Of a stretch of 64,000 nucleotides of DNA, positions 24,779 to 36,370 are shown piece after piece; within the stretch, counting starts at the first letter, position 1, and the number at the start of each line of letters is the position of its first letter. A model generated the notes under the pieces. It saw only the letters and a program-made list of their open reading frames with translations. It made no database searches and had not been told where the DNA came from. This DNA comes from Pelomyxa schiedti. Its lineage: Eukaryota; Protista; Evosea. The position numbers were made by a program, and so were the translations under genes. The stretch lies in contig JAHLWZ010000811.1 in assembly GCA_020536535.1 (NCBI GenBank), positions 58,389 through 122,388 on the forward strand, read 5' to 3'.

Positions 24779-27588
24779 TAGGTGTAATTGATAAGACTGC
24801 GACGTTCGTGGCACGACTTGGTGCTACTTTTGAAAAGCGTGTTTTTGATAATGAGCGTGGAAACCCGAAGTTCTCGTTCTTGCATCCCACAGATCCCTTC
24901 CACATGTATTATCAATGGAAAATCAAGGAATGCAAGTCTACACCTGGTAATTTCCCTTGTTTCGTCAAGCTTGAGAAGTTGGTTGTTGATATTGGTAAAT
25001 AGACCCTGCAGCACTTCCTGGAAAGGCTCCTGAGCAGCCACAGCAACAACAAGCTGTAAGAACATTTCCCTCCTAGAGACTTGTTTCTAACACTAAAAAA
25101 GCCGAGTAAATCTACAGTGAGTAAACCTGCCACTACTCGCCCTGCCCCACGAGCCCCTCCTCCTGATCAATTTACTTTGCCTGACAGGGGTCGATTGTCC
25201 GCTTTGGATTTGTATGGCTGGGAAAGATTCAACTACTTGAGTAGAACACTCACTTCCTCTAGGGACGTAATAAAGTTGACAGCCCAATTCGTTGCCCGGA
25301 ACGGTGCATCGTTCCAAGTAGGAATGGTCAACAGAGAACACAAAAATACACAATTTGATTTCCTTAAGGTTGAAGCAATTTTTTTTCTCTCATTTTCACC
25401 AAACACAGCCAACAGATCCTCTTTATCCTTTCTTCAATGCTCTTGTTCAACAATATACTCGGGTGTTACATCCTCCAAGAAATATATCTGAGCAACTTCG
25501 CTTGCAGTATAGCAACCCACACAGTGTTCTTGGGCGGCTTGTTGAGCGTGTAGACTGGGAAAATATGCAGGAAAGGATGCGCCGTTCTGCAGAAGAAGAA
25601 GCTGAAGCTGAAAGGGGTTTGTAGGAGCTTCCCACCCCAAAGAGAGAGTGAAACAAAATCTCTGGAATCCAAGCTAACCCTCCTTTTTCCTCCCCTTTTT
25701 TTTATCAAGTTGCTTTTGCTTCCATTGACTGGCATGATTTTGTTGTGGTTGAAACGATAGACTTTTTTGAGGATGAGGATGACCTTCCTCCCCCTCTTTC
25801 AGCTGAAGATATTGGTCAACAACCTCAACCAGGACCTGTCCAACCCTCGAAGGAAGTACTCCATCCAAAAGAGGAGGTAGTCAATCTTACATTTATTTTC
25901 CTCTCCATTGACACTTTCAGGTGCAAGAAGCAGAAATGGATGTTGATGATGGTGCCGATTTGAAAGGCCACTCAACTCATCTATCACAACCCCAAGGTTC
26001 ACAGACACATCTACCTCATCATGCAGTGTCTTCGCAGAATCCTGCACATGCACCACAGTCCCAGCCACAGCAAGGGCCACAACCACAGCAAGGACCTCAG
26101 CCTCAACAACCTGCTCAAGCAGCCAAGAATGAGCAAACACCACCAGCTGAAGAGAAAAGGACTCAAGCCCCCCAGCAAAGAGGTTTGTGCACAAACAGGA
26201 CAAAACAACAACAAAAAATTAACTCATTATCCAAGTGGTACCACAGAAGAGGCCTTACCTTGAAAAAAGAACGCAGCTCTGCCCCCGATGCATGCAAGAA
26301 ATCCCAATTGATGAAATGCAGCAACACATGCACATAGAACTTATTGATCCAAAATACCGGAACCAGAAGGCCGATCAAATACGACGCACCAAAGAAAGTC
26401 CACTTGCTGACGATTTTGAAATCGGTACCCTGTCTTTTTTTTCCACAGTTGAATTTTAACAACTTTAGGGAAAAACTTGTACCACTTTGCCCGCAAGCGA
26501 ACTGATATCTTTGGTGGACGTGAGGAACTTCCTGTGGGACAATCCATGGATGAGCAGGAGCCTGCACCAAAACCTGAGAAGGTTATTTGGGATGGACACT
26601 CAAGTAGTGTAGCAAGAACGCATAGTGCGGCCTGTCATCTCACAGCTGCCGAAGAGATTGCTGCAACTCAAAGAGTAGTATCCTTTATCAACTGCTGTAC
26701 ATAACCCGTTGTAGGAAAAAGCCCTTTCTTCTGATGATGCCTCCGCCATAGGTCCCGAACTTCCGGAACCTGTTCACACCACTCCCTCTATACAACCACC
26801 CGCTCCTACACCCACATCTGCAACACTTAATCCTTCTCAACCGCCTCCACCACCCCCGTCCAACACACAAGCTCCCCCTCATCCCACAGTAAGTTGCACT
26901 ATTTGTATTTATATCTAATGATTTGCAGCCTCAAGTACCCGCGATGTTGATGCCTCCTCTACCTCCTATGATGGTTCCCAATCCCTCTATGTCTCTGATG
27001 GGACGTCCTGTGCCAGGGATGATGGTGAGTAATTCTATGAATTGATGGATGTTTCACATTACTCAAGATACCGGGTATGATGCCAGGCATGATGCCCACA
27101 ATGATGATTCCTCCCATGATGCAACTGCACACAGCCCAATTGAGTGCTATTCCCCCTGGCGCTGCCAATGTGGAGGAGCCCACAGCAAAGAGGCCGAAAG
27201 TTGACGAGTCTCTTCCAATGCTAATACCGGAAGACCAGTTCATTCAGGATCAACCCAAACCTGAAGTGATGCTCCAAGTCGAAGTTCCGTCACATCCTGG
27301 AGGTAAACCTGAGTGGAGGCTGCAGGGGCAAGTTATCAATATTCAAGTCAATCTCAAGGTTTATTCCCACATCAACTTTCTTAAATATCCACTCCTTGAC
27401 TGCAGGACACCATTGCCACACTCAAAAACGAGATAATGACGCAATGCGGGCTTGCACCAAATAAGCAGAAGCTTTCTAGCCCTGTTGCCGGTTTCCTGAA
27501 GGATCAGTACACAGTTGCTTTCTACAACCTCAAAGATGGCACCATGCTGACCCTGAAGCTCAAGGGTCGTGGCGGCAAGAGAAAGTAG
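24601..27588 (+). CDS. SF3A1: Splicing factor 3A subunit 1 (Prp21/SAP114)
   Basis: Two SURP domains (IDKTATFVAR..F; IKLTAQFVARNG..F), IDWHDFVVVETIDF, HMHIELIDPKY, VIWDGHS, and a C-terminal ubiquitin-like domain ending LKLKGRGGKRK. Confidence 0.96.
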
Positions 27589-27694
27589 AAGTATTCACAA
27601 TTTTCCCTGTCCATTTTTTTAAATGAAATAGCAATAAATTACCATCTTTCCACATATTTTTTTTTAAGTGTTCCTGTAATTACAAGACCAGGGT

Positions 27695-30600
27695 TTAAGA
27701 GTCCTTTGGAGGTTGAGGAACAGGACGAGGAGTGGCAATGGTTCTGTCACCTGATAAGGGTGCAGATTGTCTTATTGGTGTATGTGTAATTGTGGAACGT
27801 GGCGTTGCAGATACTTCCTCAGAGGCTGACAATGGTTGCATAGTGGCCACACTATTTGGTACACGTTAGAATTGTAATGGGATAAGCTTGTACCTTCTTC
27901 TGGCAAGTTTCCTTTGTAGCTCAGTCATTGGGTTCACGGGGGGTGTGCTTGCAGATATCATTGTGGCGGCTCTGCGCTTTGTCTCTGTGGGTTCTGCTGT
28001 TGTTGGTGTTGAGGGGGTGGCAGGGGTAGAGCCGGTTGGTGGTGCAAAGTTTGTGGGCCGTAGCTTTACGCTACTGGGAGTAAAAGATGGTGGGAGAACT
28101 CTGAGGGGGGGCGGTTGTGACAGGTTTGCTTCACTTTGGCTGTATGTGTGGGCGAGAGCACCGGGGAGGGAAGGTGTGGCAGGAGCACTTTTTTCTGTAA
28201 CCTTATCGGCTTTGGGCTTCTTGTCTTTCTTTGGCTTTTCATCTTCTGGGGTACCCTCAGGAGGAAGTTTTTCCTCCTTATTTTTCTTCTCTTTTTTTGG
28301 ATCCTTGAACTTGGCAACCATGATTGCACTGATGTTACTGTCTCCGATACCAAGAATGTCTGCTGGATTAATCAGAGGTGGTGTAGAGGATGATGGAGGT
28401 ATTGAAGCACAAGAAGTTACAGCAGCCAATAAATTGGCAAGATTTTCTTCTCTCTTAGCTTTCTAATGGAATTTGAACCTTTTTAAAAAATATTTCTGTG
28501 GAGGGAAAGGTCATACAGCTTTTTCAAAAAGAGAAGAGCATATTGGTTCCTTAATAGCGCAGGTTAATTTTAAAGAGTGTGTGCACCGACATACGCCAAA
28601 GATCGCAGAAAAGCCGGTTATCATTGATTCACAAACATAATTTGTAGTATCAGAGACTGCAGCTAACTCCAGGGTTTCTTCACGAGGGCGTAAAATGGTG
28701 GGACCAAAAACTACAGCAAGATTTCTTGCAGTCATGAGATTAGTTGCATGATTTTCTGCAACCTGTGATTGATGAAGTTTGCCCAGTCAGTAGTTTTTAG
28801 CTTATCTGTAATTAAGTAACCTTAGAAATATACTTCATCAAATATCGTAGGGAGGCTTGATTCAGTAAAGGTAGCTTTAAAATCAATGCCTTTAGGTTAT
28901 CTGTAACAGCACTTCCGCTTTCTAGTTTGCTCAGAAGAAGAAAAGGAACAAAGGAGGAGTACTTGCTGCCTCCATGAAACTATCATAGAGAGCGAATGTG
29001 AGAAGTGGATCCGGCAGCTCTCTCAAATAAAGTTTAAGGACTGCCGCTACAGCGTATGGGTCGTTAAATTCTGGTGCAGTTCCTACAATATCAAGCTCAA
29101 AAAAGATGAATGTTTATGTTAACCTCAAAAACCTTTATTGAACTGGTCCTTCAAAGTCTGTAGGCTGACTCCTGCAGCTGATAGACGAAATATACCGCTT
29201 TGGGAAACACCTGTAAAGGATTACTAAGTAAGAATTGCTATTGTGGTATCCGTACCGTTGTTGGCTTCAAGGTATTCTATACATTGAAGAACGGGTGCTG
29301 GATATAACTGACCAGACTTCAAGCAACCAAAATGCAGTGGAAGACCAAAGACAACAGGGTTGGCTTGATGTATTGGAAGATAGAAAGGATTGTTGTAAAA
29401 AAAAAGGTACCTAATTCTAGTGCATTATTTATGGCCGAAGTAAAGCTGGCCAAAATCTCTGCAGAACTAAAGGCAATATACAAACTTTTCTGCTTTTTAT
29501 CCTGGGGATTGTGCAGCTTCACTCCAAAAGGCGATGTCTTGGGACATTTTTTGTCCATTTCCTTGCACCATATCAGATTACACAAGTATTGGAAGTTGAA
29601 AGTGTTACCCCAATCAAATAAATAGTCAGACTGACAGAGACAATCTCTGGTTCTGTCTGGACAAGTCATTAAAAAAATAGTAACTCAAGAAGAATAGGAA
29701 ACCAGAGAAGGGAAAACTCGAAGGATTCCACCATAAATAAAGCAGGTAGCTTTTGACCACTTTTTGGTTCCAGATTGCCTGAACTCACCCTCAACAGGTG
29801 GGTGATCCCCACAAGACCACAAGCGATCCATAGCGTCATCTGATGTCCCCAAAGCAGCCAAAGCGCCAGAAAGAGTGACTCTCGGCGCTCTAGCAGCTGA
29901 GCTGGAGTCCGCATCCACCACTTCGGAACCTGTATTATGGGTTCTCTCAGCAGTGTTGAGGTGAATGACACCCGAGGCAGAACCAGAAGCAGCACTCCGG
30001 GGAGTTGCAGCGACGAACGAATCGGCGCTCCTTCTCGGAAGCGGCGGCAGCGACAAATCGCGAGGCGGGGGGGTGACCTCCATCCTCGGCAGCGGCGGCG
30101 GTGGCGTCAAGTCCGCCCTCAATGCCGGCACCGTCCTTGTGGGATTCCTGTGAGGAAACAGCAGGTGCGTCGACCCCGTAGTCGTGGCTGCTGCAGCAGC
30201 AGGCGACGACGACGATGCGGCCGTGCTGCTGGCTGTGGTGCCTGTTGGGGCAGAGGCGAGCGGGGGGACGGGCATGGCTGGCAGGGCGAGGGGCGGGGGA
30301 GGCGTGAGGGTGACGGGCGGCGACGTGGGCGGCGTCTGGGGCGGGGTGGTGCGGATGCGCGGCGAGGGGGCGCAGAGGGCCGGCGGGAGCACCAGCGGCG
30401 GCGGGGCAGGGAGGACAAGGGGCGGCGGCGGCGACTGCGCCGCGTGCGCGTGGGCGTGGGGCGGCTGCGCCGTGGCGGCGGCCGCGCCCCCCAAGCTGCC
30501 GCTGGTGCTCAGGGCCGCTGCCCCGTTGCCGCCGCTCCCGCCGTGTGTGTCGTGGTGGTGGTTGTGGTGTGGTCCCCCGCCGCGGCCGTGCTTGCTGCTG

Positions 30601-30788
30601 CCCGGGTGGGGCGTGGGCGGGGGCTCGTCGTCGGCTGCAGGAGGCGGCGGCGGAGGCGGAGGCTCGTCGTCCTCCACGGGTGGTGGAGGAGGGGGTGGCG
30701 GCTCCGGGTCGTCGTTGCTGTCGCGGTGCCCGTGCACGTGTCTAGCGGCGGGCTCCTTCGAGTGCGAAGAGTGCCTGTGCGCCGACAT
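27695..30788 (-). CDS. PH-domain RhoGAP with proline-rich termini
   Basis: Arginine-finger GIFRLS, LKLYLRELPDPLL and MTARNLAVVFGPTILRP. PH-like exons upstream (EGEFRQSGTKKWSKATCFI; SPFGVKL). Confidence 0.92.
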
Positions 30789-31027
30789 AACAGCTGCGAA
30801 ATGGTGTGAAAACTTCAAAAATTGGTTGTCAATTATCTGGAATCTACTACTCTCGCTGTTTGTTTCGGGGAACTGGCTCGAGTTTAGCTTCTCTTAAAAT
30901 TATGTCAAACAAAAAAGAACAGAGCTGTTTGCTTGAAATTTTTTGGTGTTACAAACAGACTGCACTTCCAAAGATGGAGTTTAGACAGATATACAACAGT
31001 GACTGGGGAGAACTGGAATGGAAGGTC

Positions 31028-32209
31028 TTAAGACTGCTCCCGCCTCAGCTCGATTTCTTTCTTGACGTCCAGTCCCTCTATCTGGTGAATGTTTGTGATT
31101 TTAGCCACCTTCCTTCCTCTTTTTGCTTTCGGCTTTGTGGGAAGTTTTTTGGCAGCAGTGACAACAATGCGTTGAGAACCTTCATCTAGAAGGCCGGCCC
31201 GCTTAAGAGAATTCTCGATGTCCACATCTGTGGCAGGAATGGGAGTGTTATGCCATTGGTCCTGCATGAAAAGTTCAAATATAATGCATACTAATGAGTA
31301 GTTACCTGGACCTCAGGTGAGATTGGAATGAGATGGTCAAATGCTGGGTCTTTTGGGTAGAGAATTTCTTTTTTCTTCTCTGTATTGATAATAGCAATCA
31401 ACTTCCCATTCATGGCGGCTTCCTTTTAATATAGAACCACTTAGTGGAGCAGAAACTGGGATTTGCGTACCCTAGCATCAGCTTCTATTTGGGGGTAGGA
31501 GTCCTTGAGGTCTTCGAGTGGTATACCATCAGGAGTGGTGGTTAATAGTACCAACAATTCCTCCAGATTGTGAACTACATACATAGGCTGGCCAAGTAAG
31601 AATTGATTTTATTTAGTTTATTGTATAACTGACAAAAAAAAAAAAAAAACCCTAATTGGTGAACCTTATAAGCATAAGTTCCGCTCTCCTCGTCACAAGA
31701 AACTTTGAGGTTACGCCTCATTTCCAACTTGAGTTCAGGCCGTGTCTCCAAGTCAATCCCTGTGAGTGCCCATAATTCCCTGGCAGTCATCGACTTGCCG
31801 TACGCATTGCGCAGGGCCTCGACCAGGCTGTACATGCACTGGGAATCAACTGGCTTCTCCGAAACAGCCTACTGGTAGAATGAATACACCACACCTCCTC
31901 AGGATCCAAACAAAGGAGCAAAACACAGCAAAATGGACCCCCATAACAATGCGACGATGGATAAACAACCGCGTATTCCGCCGCCGACATCGCCGTGGCT
32001 GCGGATCTCGGCCGCCCTCGCCTCGGCCTTGACACGTCGTTCAAATTCGCACCCCTGCCACTCGCCGCGTGCGCCGAGGGTGCAGACGAAGCCGAAGAAG
32101 CCGTGGAAGACGAGTGCTGCGCACCACGTGTGGCCAAAAACTTGTGTTGGTCTCGTTCCATCCGGCGCATGTGATCCAGTGTCATCTGTTTGAGAAGGTT
32201 GCCGTCCAT
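31028..32209 (-). CDS. GTF2E2: Transcription initiation factor IIE subunit beta
   Basis: Winged-helix segment NLKV..GTYAYK, then EELL.LL..DGIPLEDLKDSYP, ILYP, W..IP..DIE..L.RAGL and a basic C-terminus with KITNIH. Confidence 0.88.
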
Positions 32210-32400
32210 TTTTTTTTCTGAGATTTTAAATTTTGGACACCCAATATCTATCATCGAGAGGTTCTCGAGCACCACCCCCAACCCCTTTCGATGGTTGCGG
32301 CCACATGTGAAACTCTCTTTTTTGCATGCCTGGGATCCTTCAGTACTGATCACAACCACGAAACGGTTTGCCTTTTTCTCACCAAACAGCGTCGCCAGAC

Positions 32401-35400
32401 ATGCTGAGTGCCGCTGGGAAGTGGGGCAAGCGGCAACAACAGCCGCTGTCCGCACCGAAAAACCCCGACGTAAATCCCTCGAAACGATCGCGGACGCGCG
32501 CCACGCCCAGCCCCAGCAGCGCAGCGCCGGCCGAGGCCACTGCAATCCCGCGTGCAACCAAAGCGCCAAGGACGACGTCGTCCACGACTGCCAAGGCCCT
32601 TCCGAAACCACTTCCCATAACGAGGGCAACCGAGGAGGACGCCACTGTGGGTGCCAACGAAATGACCTCACGCACGCCCATAATAGTCCCGCGCGCACCT
32701 AAACCACCTACTCCAAGGACAGCCATTGCCGCCAAGGCCCCCTCGAAACCACACACCACCCCAACTTCGAATCTAAGAAATCCAACGAGAGCAACCAATG
32801 TGGAGGAGCACGAAGCACAAGACGTCGCCGTTAATGACAGCGAAGGAATGAGCACTCATCCGAATGAAGGTCTCACGTCAACCACAAAATCGTCACCAGT
32901 CCTGGCACCACAACCAAAAAAGCCAACTGCAGAGAACGCAAAGGCAAAACCACCGCCGCCAACAAAGATGAACCCAAAAACAAAAAAGGCCACTGACGTG
33001 TCTCCACCTACATCCACAAAACTTACAAAGAACAAGGGGCTTACGCAAGAAAATACAAAAAAGAGCGGCCAAAGTAAAAGCACTAATTGTGGTGAAATGT
33101 TCACTCCATTGCAAGAAAGAAGGGGTAACATAACAACAAAAACAAAAACAAAAACAACAGCAACAGCAACCAGTGAACACTCCAGCAAATCGGCAGCGGC
33201 AACAGAAGGAAAAATAAAAGCAAAGGCAGCACCAAGAGTGGCAGCATCTAGTGTTGGAACACCTCCTGTGATTGAAAGTCCAAGTGATGTGTGCTGTTTG
33301 GATGGTGCCCTTTCTGTCCCAATTGGTGCCACCTGCTTGATCCCTGTTTCAAAAGAAGTGAAGCTCTCAAAAAGTGAGTGTGAAGAGGTATTTGCGTGGT
33401 ACATTGGAGAAGATGAGTCCATCCCTGATGATATCTTCACCAAGGTCTTACACTCAAACAGACTGTATCTGAACCATATGCTGATATTCACTTTAGGCCA
33501 CTCTGTCTTTGAACCCTAATCCCCTTTGGACAAAAAAATGTTCAGAAGAGAGAGCAAAAGCGGCAGAAGAGAAAAAAACAGCGGCAGAAGAGAGAAAAAA
33601 AGCGGCAGAAGAGAGGAAAAAAGCGGCAGAAGAGAGGAAAAAAGCGGCAGAAGAGAGAGCAAAAAGGGAAGCTGCCGAAAAAACCCTACTATATCCACCT
33701 GCCGAGAGTGACGCTATCATTCCGGATTATAGTGTAGTTGCACGCTACTACGAGACCGGAGTTGGGATGCAAGCAAGTCTCGCCACATCTGATTCTGCCC
33801 AAACATTGCGGGAGCTGAAAACTACAGTCGCTGCGGTAAGGCAAGCCAGATGGAGTCAAGATAGTGATAAGCCTTTCATTGTGCTGGACGGATCATCGGG
33901 AATGGGCAAGACACAGCTTGCATTTGCCCTGGATGAAGACGTCATGTTTGCCTTGCCCCCACCCTTCTTTTTTTTTTTTTTTTTTTTTTTTTGCTACAGC
34001 TGACCAAACGGAAAGATTCATTGCGTACGACGCTCCCAACGAGCAGTCAATATACCATTGCTTTAAGCACATGTCACTCTCCTTCCGGCAATGCATAGAA
34101 CTGGATTCGGCACCTATGTCATCCAAACCTGTGGATATGAATTGCCATTTCTTGTCTGTTCTGTGGTGCTGGACAACTGCATGGTTGGACTGGAATCTTG
34201 CGCAACAATGGGATCCAACAACAGGGTCACGAAGGAAGATCAAACCACCCACTTATATATCAGCGGATGGAACAGAAAAATCTTATCCAAATCGACTGCC
34301 GTATAGCGTTCTCTTGACAGATATTGATCACAAAATCACAGAGCCAATGTCTAATTATGAATTTTCAAAGAAGTGGTCTTTGTTGACCAGGAAGCCACTT
34401 ATTTTCATGGATGAAATACCACAACAGGACGAAAAGCAAATGGCCTTCATGAGAAACCTGTGCCGTGCTTTGAGCTTGACTGTTATACTCTCTGGCACGA
34501 ACTCTCATGCCATCGAGATGCTCTGCTGTGGCACGGCACCTTGTGACTTGCCACCGTATCTCTGGTGTTATGTCTTTCCCAGGCCCTCGAGACCAACAGT
34601 GGAGTCGTTAAAGTCATCCTGGGTCAGGGATTACGATGCTATCCTGGCCAAATGCAACAAAATAGACCCTGCGTTTGGCAAGTTCATTGATGAGTGCTCT
34701 CTCATGAACAGAGGATTCTTTGCTGTGAAAATGTTACAGTTCCTCAAATCGACGATGTTTCCCAACAACATCGAGTCAACAGCCCTCTTCCAGCCGCCGA
34801 AAGTTCTAGAAAGCTTGTTTGAACACTTGCACGACGAAGCCCTGGCCCAAAAAAGATCTATTGTTGGAACGCCAATGGGACTAGCTGGACAGGTTCTCCT
34901 TTATTTTTCACGCATGAAAGGGCCCACTGAAGTTATATCCCAGCACTACGCCCACCTCTTCATCGAAAGGTACAGTTCAGATCAAGCACAAACAAAAGCA
35001 AAACCAGTGTATAACGAGGAAGTATTCCAGTTCTGGCGTCATCAGACGATACTCGTGGAACAGTCCTACCACGACAGTGCAATCCATGAAGAACAACTCC
35101 AGAATTCCAACTTTTGGGCATGCTTCCCCAAGATCACCAAAGAGCCACTCCTCTTTCTGTCCCTCTGCTGGGACACCAAAAACCACACAGGCTTCTTGGA
35201 TGAAAACTTGCAGCAAATCCCTCTTTGTGAGGCTTGGGACAACAAGAAACTGCACAGGCAGTTCACCAGGAAAGTGGAAGAGGAAGTTCTGAGTGAAGAA
35301 ATGAGTGATGGAGGAGTTCTTGAGCAGTATGCTGGCGTTGCGATTGCCGCCGCATCGCACCGAGGGGGTCTTGGGGGACAAACAATTCTCTCCTTTTTGA

Positions 35401-36275
35401 CTGCTCTGGCCTATCAGTTGCATGGAACTGAATTCTCTCATGAATTTGAGACTCAGGCAGCGAATCTTTGTCTAATCCCCTCGGCCATGCAAGGCATTAA
35501 CATTCCGTTCCTTTCCCCCCCAGATGACCCATTTCCCCAACATTTTACGGAAATTCCAGGCATCAATGTGGCCAATTTTGAGAGGACTGCTGATAAAACC
35601 ATGATGATAGATTTGAAAGGTGGTGGTGGCATCCTCGTCGAGGCCAAGGACCGTGATCAGTTTGACAGCACCCATGTGGAGGAGGTGTTGCACAAACTCA
35701 GCACCCATGCAACCCCAGAACAGCAACTTTCCCTGGTATTCCTCAGGGAGATGAATAAGCGCCCGTACCGTCTGCACGCCGCCGTCGACAAAATTTGGCA
35801 AGTAAGATGGCAGCCCGTGATGCTGGCAGGCACAAAACAGATGAAGTGCAGTGTCTTCCATCCCAAATACACTGAGAAATGTGGATTTAGGAGGAACAAG
35901 AAAAGTGGAGCCAAGGTTAAATCCTGCACCACGAGTGACGCTGAGACTGACACTGATACTGACTCTGTGACCACCACAGCGAAAGTTGACACGGAACCGA
36001 ACTTTGATGTTAATGGGCTGTGCATTATCTTCGAGGTTGGTGATGTCAAGCCACCACGTTCTCCATTTATGAAACAAGACAGTGCTGAGACCGATACCGA
36101 TACCGATACCGATACCGATACCGATACCGATACCGATACCGATACCGAGACAGAGACCCACAAAAACCCAAAACACACCAATCATTCCTGGAGGGAAAAT
36201 AACTCGGTCATAGAGCATTGGAGTCGCACTTTTTATTTTTTGGTATATTCGGATCTTGCCATGTATACCGCCTGA
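32401..36275 (+). CDS. Crinkler (CR)-like protein: low-complexity N-terminus, coiled-coil repeat, P-loop NTPase and PD-(D/E)XK restriction-endonuclease-fold domain
   Basis: Predicted introns at 33445-33496 and 33946-34015. Walker A PFIVLDGSSGMGKTQLAF, Walker B LIFMDE, CRN-type FMRNLCRALSLTVILSGTN, and nuclease-like DGGVLEQ...IDL..ILVEAKD. Confidence 0.78.
33543..33663 (+). repeat. 21-bp coding tandem repeat (about 5.5 copies) encoding (AAEERKK)n
   Basis: The unit AAAGCGGCAGAAGAGAGGAAA and close variants are repeated directly. Confidence 0.95.
36089..36148 (+). repeat. (ACCGAT)n hexanucleotide microsatellite encoding (TD)n
   Basis: About 9-10 perfect copies near the 3' end of the Crinkler-like ORF. 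Confidence 0.95.
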
Positions 36276-36370
36276 GAGGCTGGAAAGACCACGACTTGGC
36301 CAAAATTTTCGAAAATCAATTTTCAAATTGTCAGTGTCCCAATTATTGGCCGAGCCCTGTTCGAGTAATA

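Noticed and set aside
11165-30788. Apparent signalling cluster (RasGEF, Phg2-like kinase, sestrin, DUSP, RhoGAP), plus several ubiquitin-system genes across the window
   Set aside because: These families are large in amoeboid genomes and are interleaved with unrelated housekeeping genes. There is no evidence of functional clustering without synteny data.
13882-30897. Many long antisense or alternative-frame ORFs over GC-rich first exons (e.g. 19271-20311 +, 22318-23223 +, 29937-30809 +, 14064-14693 +)
   Set aside because: They are shadows of stop-poor GC-rich low-complexity coding exons and show no independent domain signal.
33543-33663. Regular direct repeats resembling a CRISPR array
   Set aside because: There are no unique spacers, the repeat is in-frame coding sequence, the context is eukaryotic and no cas genes are present.
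32225-36350. Possible terminal inverted repeats flanking the Crinkler-like gene (TTGGACAC near 32233 versus GTGTCCCAA near 36334)
   Set aside because: The match is too short and imperfect, and no target-site duplication was found.
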